A stretch of 64,000 nucleotides of DNA from IMG/VR virus record IMGVR_UViG_3300006217_000028; one strand, written 5' to 3'. Both the position numbers and the translations under genes were made by a program. Positions 1-10,346 of the stretch are shown in pieces; position 1 is the stretch's first letter; each line of letters begins with the position of its first letter. Below the pieces are notes generated by a model that did no database searches, was not told where the DNA came from, and saw nothing but the letters and a program-made list of their open reading frames with translations. The DNA comes from a virus (lineage: Duplodnaviria; Heunggongvirae; Uroviricota; Caudoviricetes).

Positions 1-74
1 AATTTACCTCACACCTCAAACTGAGCTCCACAACCTCTGCCAATCTAAAAAGCACTTTCAAGGGCTTGTTCGCG

Positions 75-3000
75 ATGCTGGACATCGTTGGACAGGCCTT
101 TTCTGCTGTCTTTCATGCGGCAAAGCCTCTGCTCGGAATTTTCGGAAACCTTAGTGGAGGTGTGCTTGGCGTAACTGGCTCTTGGGGCGAATGGCTTGTT
201 AATCTCGATGAATCCATCCGAAAAAATGACACTTTTGGGAAAGCCATTCAGAAGGTTATCGACCTCGTTAAGGGTGCTAAAACGGCAGTCGATGAGTTTG
301 TTCAAAATGCAAAGGACAAATTCAATCTACCGACCCTTGACGAAATGAAAGTCTCAGTAAAGGACTTTGTCAAATCGCTGAAAGAGAACTTCAAGCTGCC
401 TGGATTTGAATCTTTCCATTCTGCTCTGGAAAAGGCGCATAAAAATCTGTCCAGCCTCAGCAATATTGCCAGATCGGTTAAAAACGCCGTTGCAAACGTC
501 TTCAAATCCATAGGAAAAGCGGCGGCTGATTTCGACATCGCGCATGCATTCCAAAGTATCCTTGGCGGTATTACCACCTTTATCGGTGGGATAGCCAAGA
601 TAGTCAGCGGGCTTATCAAGGACGTATTTACCAATATCGGTCAGGCCGATCTTGGCGGGTTGTTCCAGCTTGCCGGGGCATTTGCTACAGGCGGAATTGG
701 CATAGGCATCAAGAAGTTCTTTGACAGTATGTCTGACGCCTTTGGCGGCGTGGATGATTTGTTCGACAGCGCAGACGGTATGCTGAAGAAAGTTACTGGT
801 ATTTTAGACGGCGTCAAAGACTGTTTCAAAGCATACCAAACCGAGTTGAAGGCCTCTGCTTTGCTGAAGATAGCAGGCGCAATCGGCATTCTAGCCTTAT
901 CCTTGACCGCTATCGCGGGTATCGACGCTGAAAAGTTGAACGGGGCATTGGGTGCTATTACCATCCTCTTTACGGATTTGATGGCCTCCATGGCGATTTT
1001 CTCAAAGATAAGCGGTGAGATGAAGGGCGCGACAAAGACCACAACGCTGATGTTGGGGCTTGCTGTATCCATCCGAATTCTGGTTTCGGCGCTGAAGAGT
1101 GTTGCGGAATTGGAATGGGAGGACATAGGTAAAGGTCTTCTGGGCGTCACCGTCTTGATGGGTGAAATGGTCGCGGCACTGAAGCTGCTTGGCAGTGACG
1201 GCAAGAAAGTCGGTAAAGGGGCAACCAACGTCCTGGTTTTCGCGGCAGCAATAAAAGTGCTTGCATCGGCCTGTAAGGATCTTGGTCAACTGAGCTGGGA
1301 CGAGCTGGGAAAAGGTTTGCTTGGCATAGGCGTTCTGCTTGGGGAGATTGATATATTCCTCAACACGGCCAAATTTAGTGGAAAGACGATTACGACAGCA
1401 ACCGGCATCGTGGTCCTATCAGCCGCTATTAAGATTCTGGCGTCTGCCTGCAAGGACTTTGGGCAGATGAGCTGGGAAGGGATCGCCAAAGGTCTGGGCG
1501 GTATCGGCGTACTTCTTGCCGAAATCACGGCATTTACCAAGCTGAATGGAAGCGCGAAAGGGATGGTATCCACCGGTGTGTCGCTGATAGCTATTGGTGC
1601 GGCGATGAAGATATTTGCCTCGGCGGTATCGGACTTTGGCCAGATGTCATGGGAGCAGATAGGGAAAGGCCTGGCCGCTATGGGCGGAGCCTTAGCCGAG
1701 GTAGCCATAGCCGTCAATGTTATGCCTAAGAATATGCTGAGTGTAGGTGCCGGCCTCGTAGTTGTCGGCGCAGCTCTGGAAATCATCTCACATGTGCTTG
1801 GCAAAATGGGCGGTATGTCTTGGGAAGAGATTGCTAAAGGGCTTGTTGTCATAGGCGGCGCGCTTGCGGAACTCTCGATTGCGTTGAACCTCATGAAGGG
1901 CACCCTGACTGGTTCTGCGGCTTTGCTGGTGGCCTCTGCGGCGATCGCGGTACTGACCCCGTCTCTGGCGATTCTTGGAGCAATGAGTTGGGAGGCTATC
2001 GCGAAAGGGCTTGTCACCATTGCCGGGGCGTTCACCATCATGGGTGTGGCCGGAGCGGTATTAGGGCCTCTTACCCCGACCATCCTTGCTCTAAGCGGCG
2101 CATTCGCGTTGTTTGGAGTTGGCGTTGCGGCTATAGGCGTTGGTCTTGTAGCGGCGGGTGCTGGTTTGTCGGCGATTGCTGTCGGTCTTACAGCTTTGGC
2201 GGCGGCCACCGCGGCAGATGTAGGCGCAATCGTCGCGTCTCTATCACTTATTGTCACAGGTATTGCTGACCTGATTCCGGTTGTAATCGGTAAAATTGGT
2301 GAGGGCATTGTCGAGTTCGGTAAAGCCATAGCGCTTGGAGCACCTTCACTCGGTGAGGCCGCGAAAGCGATAATCCTTACGCTGGTCGACGTTCTGGTGG
2401 AATGCGTACCGCAGATTGCGGATGGTGCTTTACAGCTAATAGACGGCGTCTTAGCGGCTCTGGTTCAGTATACACCTTCTATCGTGAATTCGTTGTTCCA
2501 GTTCCTGATTCTTTTGCTGGACGGCGTGGCCGACAATCTCCCGGCACTTATTCAGTCCGCGATGAACGTAATCATGGCTTTCTTCCAAGGCGTGGTTGAC
2601 GCTTTGAGTGGGCTTGATGTGGATACGCTGATTAAGGGTGTTGCGGGCGTTGGGATTATGTCGGCCATGATGTTCGCCCTCAGCGCGGTGGCATCCCTTG
2701 TCCCAGGTGCTTTGATTGGCGTAGCGGGTATGGCGGCTGTTATCGCGGAAATGGCGTTACTACTGGCTGCCATTGGCGGGCTTGCCCAGATTCCTGGCCT
2801 GAACTGGCTGATAACTGAGGGGGGCAACCTTCTTCAAAATGTAGGTACCGCTATCGGGCAGTTTATCGGCGGTATTGCCGGTGGATTTATGACAGGTGTG
2901 TCCAGCCAATTCCCACAGATCGCCACAGACTTGTCCAATTTCATGACCAATCTCCAACCCTTTATTGATGGGGCTAGAGGTATCGACTCATCTATGATGG

Positions 3001-6000
3001 CGGGTGTTGGTGCCCTGGCCGGAGTAATACTTGCGCTGACGGCCGCTGATATCCTGAACGGAATTGCCTCCTGGATAACTGGAGGCTCATCGCTCTCGGA
3101 TTTCGCAGAACAGCTTGTCCCCTTTGGTGAGGCCATCGCGGCTTTCTCGGATGTGGTCGATGGGAAAATCAATGAGGGCGCTGTGTCCGCGGCAGCAAAC
3201 GCCGGAGCCATACTGGCTGAGCTGGCAGGCAATCTGCCCAACAGCGGCGGGGTCTTGGGTTGGATCATGGGCAATAACGACCTGGACGACTTTGCATCAA
3301 GGTTGGAGCCTTTCGCGGACGCTATTGTAACATTCTCGTCAAAAGTAGATGGTAAAGTCAGTGAGAGTGCGGTTCAGGCGGCAGCGAATGCTGGTGCAAC
3401 ATTAGCTGCTCTTGCGTCCGATTTGCCTAACACTGGCGGCGTACTCGGCTGGCTTGTGGGCGAAAACAACATCGATGATTTTGCGTCTCGACTGGTTCCG
3501 TTTGGAGAGGCTATTGCCGAGTTTTCATCCACGGTAAACGGAAAGGTCAGCGAAAGTGCCGTACAGGCTGCCGCTAATGCCGGCGCTACTTTGACCGCTC
3601 TTGCGAAGGATATTCCAAACAGCGGAGGGGTCTTGGGTTGGATTATGGGCGAAAACGACATTGATGCGTTTGGCTCACAACTGATTTCTTTCGGGGAGAA
3701 CTTTGCCGCCTACTCCGACAAAATGAGCAGCGTTGATTCAAATATCGTTACCGCGACTACAAATGCCGCGAAAGCTCTTGTATCATTGAGCAACAGCCTC
3801 CCTGAAAAGGGCGGATGGTTCTCTGGAGATATGAGCCTTTCTGACTTTGGCAGCGATATTTCCTTATTTGGCTCTTTCTTTGCCGGATTCTACAGTTCCA
3901 TAAGCGGGATTGACCCTTCGACTTTATCGGCGGTTATCGCCGAATTTGAGAAGATGGTATCTTTAGCAAATGGCGCGAGCAGCGTTGACTTTACCGGGAT
4001 GTCTACCTTTGGCCAGTCTTTGACCAATCTTGGGCAGGCTGGTGTCAATGGCTTTATCAAAGCGTTTACTGACGCTATGCCGCGTGTGAATGTACAAGGC
4101 GCTGCTTTGATTACCAATGCAAAAAACGGAGTTCAAACAGGGGTGTCTGGTTTCTACTCCCTTGGTATTAACGCCGGCCAAGGCTTTATCAATGGTCTCT
4201 ATGCCATGAACGGTCCTGCTTGGTCCGCGGGCTGGAGTATTGGCAACGCTGCACTCATGGCCGCAAAAGCCGCTCTGGACAGCCACTCTCCTTCCCGAGA
4301 GTTCATCTATTTGGGGCAGCATACCGGCGAGGGCTATGTGATTGGCGTTAATAATAGTATTGGTTCTGTCAAGAATGCTACATCGGCGATGATGAACCAA
4401 TCGATTGCTACCGCCAAAAAAGGAATCAACACCTTCGAGGACTGGCTGGATGAGCGGAAATACTACAACGAAATCTCCATCAAAGAAGAGCTTGCCGGTT
4501 GGGAACAGCTCCAGAAACAGTACAAGGAAGGTTCCGAGGAACGCAAGAAAATCGACCGGGAAGTGTTCCGTTGTCAAAATGAGCTTGTTAAAGCGACTTA
4601 TCAGTTCTCTGTTGACTGGATTGAAAAAGAGAAGTATTATAAGCGGCTCAGTCTGGAGGACGAGCTTGCCGCATGGAAACGGGTTCAGTCCCGGTATATG
4701 GCGGGCTCCGAGGAACGCAAACAAGCTGACCGGGAAGTGTTCCGGGTCGAGAATGAGCTGGAAGACGAGCGCTACCAGAAGAGACTTGACCACATCGACA
4801 ACGAGGTATTCTATGGCCGCATGAGTGTTCAGGAAGAATTGGCCGCTCTGGAAGAACTTCAGAAACAGTATGAAGTGAACTCCGAGAAATACCTTGAAAT
4901 CGATAAAATGATCTACTCCAAACGGAAAGAGGTCGTTAAGGAGTTTTACGATAATCTCAACGAGTACATCAATAACGAGAAGACGTATAACCGGATGGGT
5001 GATATAGGCGAGCTTGGCACAATCCTTGCGTATATTGACCAGTTCGAAGAAGGCACCGACGAATGGAAAAAGGGCATGACGGCGGCGTACAATCTGGTTA
5101 TTTCCATAGGCGAAGCGCAGCTCCAGTATGAAAAGGACGTGGCCGCTGCCGAAGCGGATCACGCTGAGAAACGCCTGCAACTGGAACGAGAGTATGCTGA
5201 CTATGTAAAAGAGGTCAATCAACAGCTTGAGGCAGATATAGAAAGCCTTAACAAGAAGTATGAGGATGCCGTCCAGTCCCGAGCCGACAGCCTGTACCGG
5301 TCTTATGGGCTGTTCGATGAGGTAAAACAGAAGGATGACGTAAGCGGCGATACGCTTATCAACAACCTGAAGGGCCAGGTCGCCGAGTTTGACGAATGGC
5401 AAGCTATGCTGAAGTCTCTTGCTGCCAAAGGTGTCAGCGGCGAATTGATTGAGGAACTTCAGGAGATGGGGCCGTCCTCGATTGCCAACGTCCGTGCCCT
5501 GAACGGTATGACCTCTACCCAGCTCACCCAGTATGTGAATCTTTGGTCCACAAAGCACCGTCAGGCCAAAGACCAGGCAACCAGTGAACTGGAAGGAATG
5601 CGGGTCGAAACCCAGAAACAGATTGCACAGCTCAAGGTTGATGCGGCAAATGACCTGGAGGAGTACAAGAAAGTCTGGCAGACAAAAATGTCCGAGTTGG
5701 ACGCCTCCTTACAGAAGACGCTTAAAGATCTGGAAACGGATTTCCATAAGTCTATTGGCCTGATTTCAAAATACACCCAGGAAGAGCTTAACACAATGGC
5801 TGGGAACGTCAGTCAGCTTTTGGGCGAAAAAGGGTTCAATATTGGAACAAATCTACTTCAGGGAATCATCAAGGGGTTTGAAGAGGAAAAACCCAACTTG
5901 ATTAACGCTTCAAAAGCTGTTGCGGCTAACATTGTAGATCCTATCGAAGGAGAACTGGATATCCATTCTCCTTCCCGGGTTACATATCAATTAGCGGTGT

Positions 6001-6479
6001 TTGCGGTACGCGGGTTCGTTAATGCTCTTAATGATATGTGCCCGAGCGTATATGACGCGAGTAATAACCTTGCCGAGGCATCCAGTGAAGGTATTGGAAA
6101 AGCTATCCAGTATATGATGCGGCTGCTTGATGGCGACATCGAAACACAGCCAACGATTCGTCCAGTGCTGGATTTGTCTGATGTGTCAAGTGCGGCAGCC
6201 AAGCTGGATAACCTGCTTTATGCAGAACGAACCGCACGGCTCGCAAGCGATCTTGAATTGAGTATGAACCGAAAATCTCCGGCGACGGGCAGAATTGTTA
6301 TAGACAACGGGGATGTGGTAGAGGCCATCCAAGATCTCAGGCGGGATATGGCTGCCATGTCAGACGCAGTCACGCATATGCAGGTAGTCTTGGACACAGG
6401 TGTTCTCGCTGGCGAAATGACCGGGCCTTTGGACAGGAATCTTGGCCGCAGGCAAATCTATAGAGGAAGGGGGAACTGA
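75..6479 (+). CDS. Tail tape measure protein (about 2135 aa). The reading frame is open back to nt 1, so the true start may lie upstream of the window; TTG at 66 and ATG at 75 are candidate starts.
   Basis: Very long ORF. Tandem hydrophobic repeats (about 6 copies of LSWDELGKGLLGIGVLLGEI-like units at nt 1150-2100). About 4 copies of DDFASRLVPFGEAIAEFSS...VDGKVSESAVQAAANAGATL (nt 3060-3700). Coiled-coil repeats YYxxxSxxEELAxWExLQKQY (nt 4450-4900). Two HSPSREF / IHSPSR motifs typical of TMP C-terminal regions. Lies immediately upstream of Dit/Tal. Confidence 0.85.
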   Translation: MLDIVGQAFSAVFHAAKPLLGIFGNLSGGVLGVTGSWGEWLVNLDESIRKNDTFGKAIQKVIDLVKGAKTAVDEFVQNAKDKFNLPTLDEMKVSVKDFVKSLKENFKLPGFESFHSALEKAHKNLSSLSNIARSVKNAVANVFKSIGKAAADFDIAHAFQSILGGITTFIGGIAKIVSGLIKDVFTNIGQADLGGLFQLAGAFATGGIGIGIKKFFDSMSDAFGGVDDLFDSADGMLKKVTGILDGVKDCFKAYQTELKASALLKIAGAIGILALSLTAIAGIDAEKLNGALGAITILFTDLMASMAIFSKISGEMKGATKTTTLMLGLAVSIRILVSALKSVAELEWEDIGKGLLGVTVLMGEMVAALKLLGSDGKKVGKGATNVLVFAAAIKVLASACKDLGQLSWDELGKGLLGIGVLLGEIDIFLNTAKFSGKTITTATGIVVLSAAIKILASACKDFGQMSWEGIAKGLGGIGVLLAEITAFTKLNGSAKGMVSTGVSLIAIGAAMKIFASAVSDFGQMSWEQIGKGLAAMGGALAEVAIAVNVMPKNMLSVGAGLVVVGAALEIISHVLGKMGGMSWEEIAKGLVVIGGALAELSIALNLMKGTLTGSAALLVASAAIAVLTPSLAILGAMSWEAIAKGLVTIAGAFTIMGVAGAVLGPLTPTILALSGAFALFGVGVAAIGVGLVAAGAGLSAIAVGLTALAAATAADVGAIVASLSLIVTGIADLIPVVIGKIGEGIVEFGKAIALGAPSLGEAAKAIILTLVDVLVECVPQIADGALQLIDGVLAALVQYTPSIVNSLFQFLILLLDGVADNLPALIQSAMNVIMAFFQGVVDALSGLDVDTLIKGVAGVGIMSAMMFALSAVASLVPGALIGVAGMAAVIAEMALLLAAIGGLAQIPGLNWLITEGGNLLQNVGTAIGQFIGGIAGGFMTGVSSQFPQIATDLSNFMTNLQPFIDGARGIDSSMMAGVGALAGVILALTAADILNGIASWITGGSSLSDFAEQLVPFGEAIAAFSDVVDGKINEGAVSAAANAGAILAELAGNLPNSGGVLGWIMGNNDLDDFASRLEPFADAIVTFSSKVDGKVSESAVQAAANAGATLAALASDLPNTGGVLGWLVGENNIDDFASRLVPFGEAIAEFSSTVNGKVSESAVQAAANAGATLTALAKDIPNSGGVLGWIMGENDIDAFGSQLISFGENFAAYSDKMSSVDSNIVTATTNAAKALVSLSNSLPEKGGWFSGDMSLSDFGSDISLFGSFFAGFYSSISGIDPSTLSAVIAEFEKMVSLANGASSVDFTGMSTFGQSLTNLGQAGVNGFIKAFTDAMPRVNVQGAALITNAKNGVQTGVSGFYSLGINAGQGFINGLYAMNGPAWSAGWSIGNAALMAAKAALDSHSPSREFIYLGQHTGEGYVIGVNNSIGSVKNATSAMMNQSIATAKKGINTFEDWLDERKYYNEISIKEELAGWEQLQKQYKEGSEERKKIDREVFRCQNELVKATYQFSVDWIEKEKYYKRLSLEDELAAWKRVQSRYMAGSEERKQADREVFRVENELEDERYQKRLDHIDNEVFYGRMSVQEELAALEELQKQYEVNSEKYLEIDKMIYSKRKEVVKEFYDNLNEYINNEKTYNRMGDIGELGTILAYIDQFEEGTDEWKKGMTAAYNLVISIGEAQLQYEKDVAAAEADHAEKRLQLEREYADYVKEVNQQLEADIESLNKKYEDAVQSRADSLYRSYGLFDEVKQKDDVSGDTLINNLKGQVAEFDEWQAMLKSLAAKGVSGELIEELQEMGPSSIANVRALNGMTSTQLTQYVNLWSTKHRQAKDQATSELEGMRVETQKQIAQLKVDAANDLEEYKKVWQTKMSELDASLQKTLKDLETDFHKSIGLISKYTQEELNTMAGNVSQLLGEKGFNIGTNLLQGIIKGFEEEKPNLINASKAVAANIVDPIEGELDIHSPSRVTYQLAVFAVRGFVNALNDMCPSVYDASNNLAEASSEGIGKAIQYMMRLLDGDIETQPTIRPVLDLSDVSSAAAKLDNLLYAERTARLASDLELSMNRKSPATGRIVIDNGDVVEAIQDLRRDMAAMSDAVTHMQVVLDTGVLAGEMTGPLDRNLGRRQIYRGRGN

Positions 6480-6480
6480 G

Positions 6481-7257
6481 ATGTCAAAAGAATCCAAGCA
6501 ATACCATTCTGTCATTTTCGGGGAAAAGAACTCCTGGGATGATTGGCACCTGATCCCCACCTCCCGGCCGGTGTTCAATCCGCCCAAACCGAAGCTCAAA
6601 ACCGTGGATGTTCCAGGTGGGGACGGCCTTCTGGATGTTTCCGAGCTCCTCACCGGATATCCGGTTTATGAGAACCGCACAGGTTCCATTGAGTTTATGG
6701 TCCATAACGGATATGAGGAATGGCAGGTGGCCTATTCGAACATCATGGACTATCTTCACGGGCAAAGGCTCCGGGCCGTTCTGGAAGACGACCCTGATTA
6801 TTTCTACGAGGGCCGCTATTCAGTCAACATCTGGAAATCAGATAAGTCCCACTCTTTGATTACCATTGACTACAGCGTAAACCCCTACAAGCAGTCCGTT
6901 CTCTCTACCACGGATGAATGGCTGTGGGACCCGTTTAATTTCCACACAGGCATGGCTCTGACAAGGACCTTCAAAAACATTCCGGTTACTGAAATCTATG
7001 AGCCCCACCACTTCATAGACGACATTATGGGCCGGGCTCCGGTATGCCCTACTTTCGATATCCAAACCGAAACAGGAGGCGGAATCTATATCCGTTTCGT
7101 GAATGAGCATTTGGATATTGACATTGAAAAACATGCTCCGGATGGGAAAAGACGCTATCCGGAGTTTGTCTTTCGTGGAAAAGCGCCGGTCATCTACTTC
7201 AAGACTGTAACCGGCCGGGGCACTGTGTCGGTAGATTACCGTTCAGGGAGGTTGTGA
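6481..7257 (+). CDS. Distal tail protein (Dit)-like phage tail family protein
   Basis: 259-aa ORF directly after the TMP in the position conserved for Dit in siphoviruses. ATG 6481 is preceded by GGAAGGGGGAA. The ORF-track start at 6442 overlaps the TMP and lacks an RBS. Confidence 0.55.
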   Translation: MSKESKQYHSVIFGEKNSWDDWHLIPTSRPVFNPPKPKLKTVDVPGGDGLLDVSELLTGYPVYENRTGSIEFMVHNGYEEWQVAYSNIMDYLHGQRLRAVLEDDPDYFYEGRYSVNIWKSDKSHSLITIDYSVNPYKQSVLSTTDEWLWDPFNFHTGMALTRTFKNIPVTEIYEPHHFIDDIMGRAPVCPTFDIQTETGGGIYIRFVNEHLDIDIEKHAPDGKRRYPEFVFRGKAPVIYFKTVTGRGTVSVDYRSGRL

Positions 7258-7259
7258 GT

Positions 7260-9935
7260 ATGTACAGTATTTATGCGGACGGGGTCTGCTTTTACAACGA
7301 TGCTTTCGCCCTGGAAGAACTGGCGGTGCTGGAGCCTAAGCTCACCATGGAGGACAACGCGGCCGGCTCTTTTAGTTTCAAGCTGCCGCAGAGCAATACC
7401 GCCTATGATTCGTTTGTCCGGCTTGCCACTGATATTTCTGTGTGTAAGAATGGAAAGGAGATATGGGCCGGTCGGGTGCTCACGGAAGATATGGATTTCT
7501 GGAACAACCGCAGTATTTATTGCGAGGGAGAGCTGGCGTTCTTCAATGACAGTTCCCAGCTGCAAAAGAAATACCACGGTACCATTCGCGGCTTTCTGGA
7601 AGCAATTATCGATGTCCATAACCAGCAGGTCAAGGCCAACCGGCAGTTTCAAGTGGGAGCGGTCACGGTTCAATTGGACGATCCCGCCGACTTTCTCACA
7701 GACTACCAGAAAACCATGGAGGTGGTCAACAGCTTGGTGGAAGCCTATGGCGGACACCTGCGTATCCGTAAGGTTGACGGAATCCGTTATCTGGACTATC
7801 TCTCAGACGACTCGCTGGAGGGAATCGACCAGTTGATTCAGTTTGGAGAAAATCTGCTGGATTTCACCAAGTCCTGGGATTCCACTGAGTATGCAACCGC
7901 CCTACTGCCTCTGGGTTCCAGAAATACCGGAGGAGCCTCCGATTCAGGCGGCAGTTCGGAAGAAGAACTCAGCGCCTACTACCTGACTGTGGAAAGCGTG
8001 AACGACGGTAAGCTCTATGTGGAAAATACCGCGGCCGTGGCCAAATACGGATGGATTGAGCGTGTGATTCGCTATGACGATGAGACGGACCCAGCGGCTC
8101 TGCTCAGCAAGGCAAAAAGCTATCTGAGCCAATTTCAAAATGGAGAAGTCACAGTGGTACTGCCCTATGGTGCGTTCCTTGGAACAACAGAAGAGGAGCC
8201 GGAGACGGATGAAACCATAACAGGCCTGGAATCCTATGTTACGGTGGAGAGCGTCAATCAGGGCAGTATCTTTGTGTCATCCTCCGAGCTGGTGGACAAG
8301 TACGGCTGGATTATCCAGATTGTCAACTTCGACGACGCCAGCGAGCCGGCCGAGCTGTTAGAGCGGGCGAAGAAGTACCTGCTGGACCTGCAATTCGACG
8401 CCATGCAGCTGGAGCTGAGTGCACTGGACCTGCATTATCTGAACCCGGAAATCAAAGACATCCGGCTGCTGGACAAAATCCGGGTGCTGTCCCGTCCCCA
8501 CCAGTTGGATGCCTGGTTTACGCTCACCCGGCTGGAAATTCCTCTGGATTCCCCGGAGAGTTCTAAGTTCATCCTGGGGGACACCGTCAAGACCTCATTG
8601 ACACAGGTCAACAACCAGATCAATACGGATTTGACAAAGAAGATCAATACCCTCCCCAAAGCCCATGATATTCTGGATGAGGCCAAGGAGAACGCGGTAC
8701 AGATCATTCAATCCGCTACCACAGGCCATATCACCATTACCCAAAACCAGCAAGGGGCGGACACCCTCTACATTTCTGAGGGAATGGACTATACCAAGTC
8801 CCAGCGCCTTTGGATATGGAACATGGGCGGCCTGGCTTATTCCAAGGATGGAGGCAAAACCGTTGAGGTCGCTATGACCATGGACGGCTCGATTACGGCC
8901 AATTTCATCACCGTAGGTACCATGGCCGCAGACCGTATCCGCACAGGACTTCTTCAATCCGAGAATGACAACTTCACTCTCAATCTGAACGACGGTACGC
9001 TGACCATGAAAAAAGGCTCCATTGATATAGGCGGCAAATTCACCGTTACCGATGAAGGACACCTGACTGCTAACGAGGCCACTATCATCGGTACAATCCG
9101 GGCATCCGCCGGTAGTATAGGCGGGCTGACCATCGACCCGGACGGTAAGCTCTACTCCAACAGCGGTAACTTGTATATCGGAGTCAACGGCTCGAATACC
9201 AACACGGAACGGGAGTATGCGTTCTGGACAGGAAACCCAACGCCTGGGAACGCGCCGTTCTGGGTAAAGAAAAACGGTGAGCTGTACGCCAGTAAAGGTA
9301 CATTCAGCGGCCGGCTGGAAGCGGCTACCGGCAATTTCCTCGGCGTGGTGCAGGCCAGCGACTTTCTGGACCGCAACGGCAACAGCATGTTCACAAGCCA
9401 GAACAAGTTTAAGGCCGACTATCTTGACCTATACGGGTTAACGGTCAGAAACAAATCCACGGGCCTGATTACATTCCAGGTGGACAAGAACGGCAAGGTT
9501 GCCATCAATGGCGACATCACTATGGGAGCGGCCAGTACCATTGACTGGGCCCTGGTGACCAACGTGAACATCAATTCCAACCCCGCCTATTCGCTGGCTC
9601 AGCAGGCCAAAAATGCCATTCCCAGTTACATTAAGTCAACACATATCAATGCGGTTACGATAGAGTCTCCTACGCTTCGCGGGGAAGAAATCAATGTAAT
9701 CGCGGGGAAGGAACGCGGCAGTTTCAATCTGTACGCTACGTATGGTTCCCGCCTTTATCACATGTTTACGATTGATTACTGGGAAGGAATGTCGCCGGAA
9801 GTTCATCTGTACAGTCCCGCTGACGCGGATATGTATTTCGGTAAAGATGGATATTGCTTTATCTATTTTATCGGGGATGTTTCGTTTGAAGGAACGGTCG
9901 ATTTTTCAAGGGCTACCGTAAAAGGTTTGAAATAA
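7260..9935 (+). CDS. Tail-associated lysin / tail tip protein (Tal-like minor structural protein)
   Basis: 891 aa, third gene of the TMP-Dit-Tal trio. Internal duplicated about 50-aa module (YLTVESVNDGKLYVENTAAVAKYGWIERVIRYDDETDPAALLSKAKSYL / YVTVESVNQGSIFVSSSELVDKYGWIIQIVNFDDASEPAELLERAKKYL). RBS GGGAGG before ATG 7260; GTG 7254 is an alternative start. Confidence 0.55.
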   Translation: MYSIYADGVCFYNDAFALEELAVLEPKLTMEDNAAGSFSFKLPQSNTAYDSFVRLATDISVCKNGKEIWAGRVLTEDMDFWNNRSIYCEGELAFFNDSSQLQKKYHGTIRGFLEAIIDVHNQQVKANRQFQVGAVTVQLDDPADFLTDYQKTMEVVNSLVEAYGGHLRIRKVDGIRYLDYLSDDSLEGIDQLIQFGENLLDFTKSWDSTEYATALLPLGSRNTGGASDSGGSSEEELSAYYLTVESVNDGKLYVENTAAVAKYGWIERVIRYDDETDPAALLSKAKSYLSQFQNGEVTVVLPYGAFLGTTEEEPETDETITGLESYVTVESVNQGSIFVSSSELVDKYGWIIQIVNFDDASEPAELLERAKKYLLDLQFDAMQLELSALDLHYLNPEIKDIRLLDKIRVLSRPHQLDAWFTLTRLEIPLDSPESSKFILGDTVKTSLTQVNNQINTDLTKKINTLPKAHDILDEAKENAVQIIQSATTGHITITQNQQGADTLYISEGMDYTKSQRLWIWNMGGLAYSKDGGKTVEVAMTMDGSITANFITVGTMAADRIRTGLLQSENDNFTLNLNDGTLTMKKGSIDIGGKFTVTDEGHLTANEATIIGTIRASAGSIGGLTIDPDGKLYSNSGNLYIGVNGSNTNTEREYAFWTGNPTPGNAPFWVKKNGELYASKGTFSGRLEAATGNFLGVVQASDFLDRNGNSMFTSQNKFKADYLDLYGLTVRNKSTGLITFQVDKNGKVAINGDITMGAASTIDWALVTNVNINSNPAYSLAQQAKNAIPSYIKSTHINAVTIESPTLRGEEINVIAGKERGSFNLYATYGSRLYHMFTIDYWEGMSPEVHLYSPADADMYFGKDGYCFIYFIGDVSFEGTVDFSRATVKGLK

Positions 9936-9956
9936 GTAAGAAAGGAGGCGCCTGGT

Positions 9957-10346
9957 ATGAAGAGAACTCTTAAAAACTCGGTTATGGTTGACATGCTCAT
10001 GCAGCTGAAACCGCTGCTTTCCCGACGTGACAAGATTGGCTATGCCGCTGCCCGGAATCATCGCAGGCTGGCCGAGTGCTTGACCGAGTATGAACGGTTC
10101 CGCAACAGTCTGATTGAGAAGTACGGTGAGTATGAGAAAGATGAGCACGGGAACGAACTCCCGTCAATCTCCCTGAGCTCTACTTCGCCCAATTTCAAAA
10201 TGTTTCTGAGCGAGCTCGCCCCTTACAATGAAATGGAGCATGAGGTGGAACTTATGGAGCTGCCCTACAGTGAGGTAATCGGCAGTTTGTCAGGAGAAGA
10301 AATCCTCGCGATTGACTGGATGCTGGTAGATGGGGAGGAAGAGTAA
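9957..10346 (+). CDS. Hypothetical phage protein (129 aa)
   Basis: Strong RBS AAGGAGG. Stop overlaps the next start (TAATG). Sits in the tail module. Confidence 0.5.
   Translation: MKRTLKNSVMVDMLMQLKPLLSRRDKIGYAAARNHRRLAECLTEYERFRNSLIEKYGEYEKDEHGNELPSISLSSTSPNFKMFLSELAPYNEMEHEVELMELPYSEVIGSLSGEEILAIDWMLVDGEEE

Noticed and set aside
1286-5558. Long minus-strand ORFs (for example 1286-2329, 3963-5558) inside the tape measure gene
   Set aside because: Ala/Pro- or Leu/Phe-rich antisense artefacts of a repeat-rich coding region. No RBS. They overlap a confidently coding + strand frame.
6442-6480. Upstream start for the Dit gene at 6442 overlapping the TMP
   Set aside because: No RBS. ATG 6481 has a strong GGAAGGGGG RBS and abuts the TMP stop.
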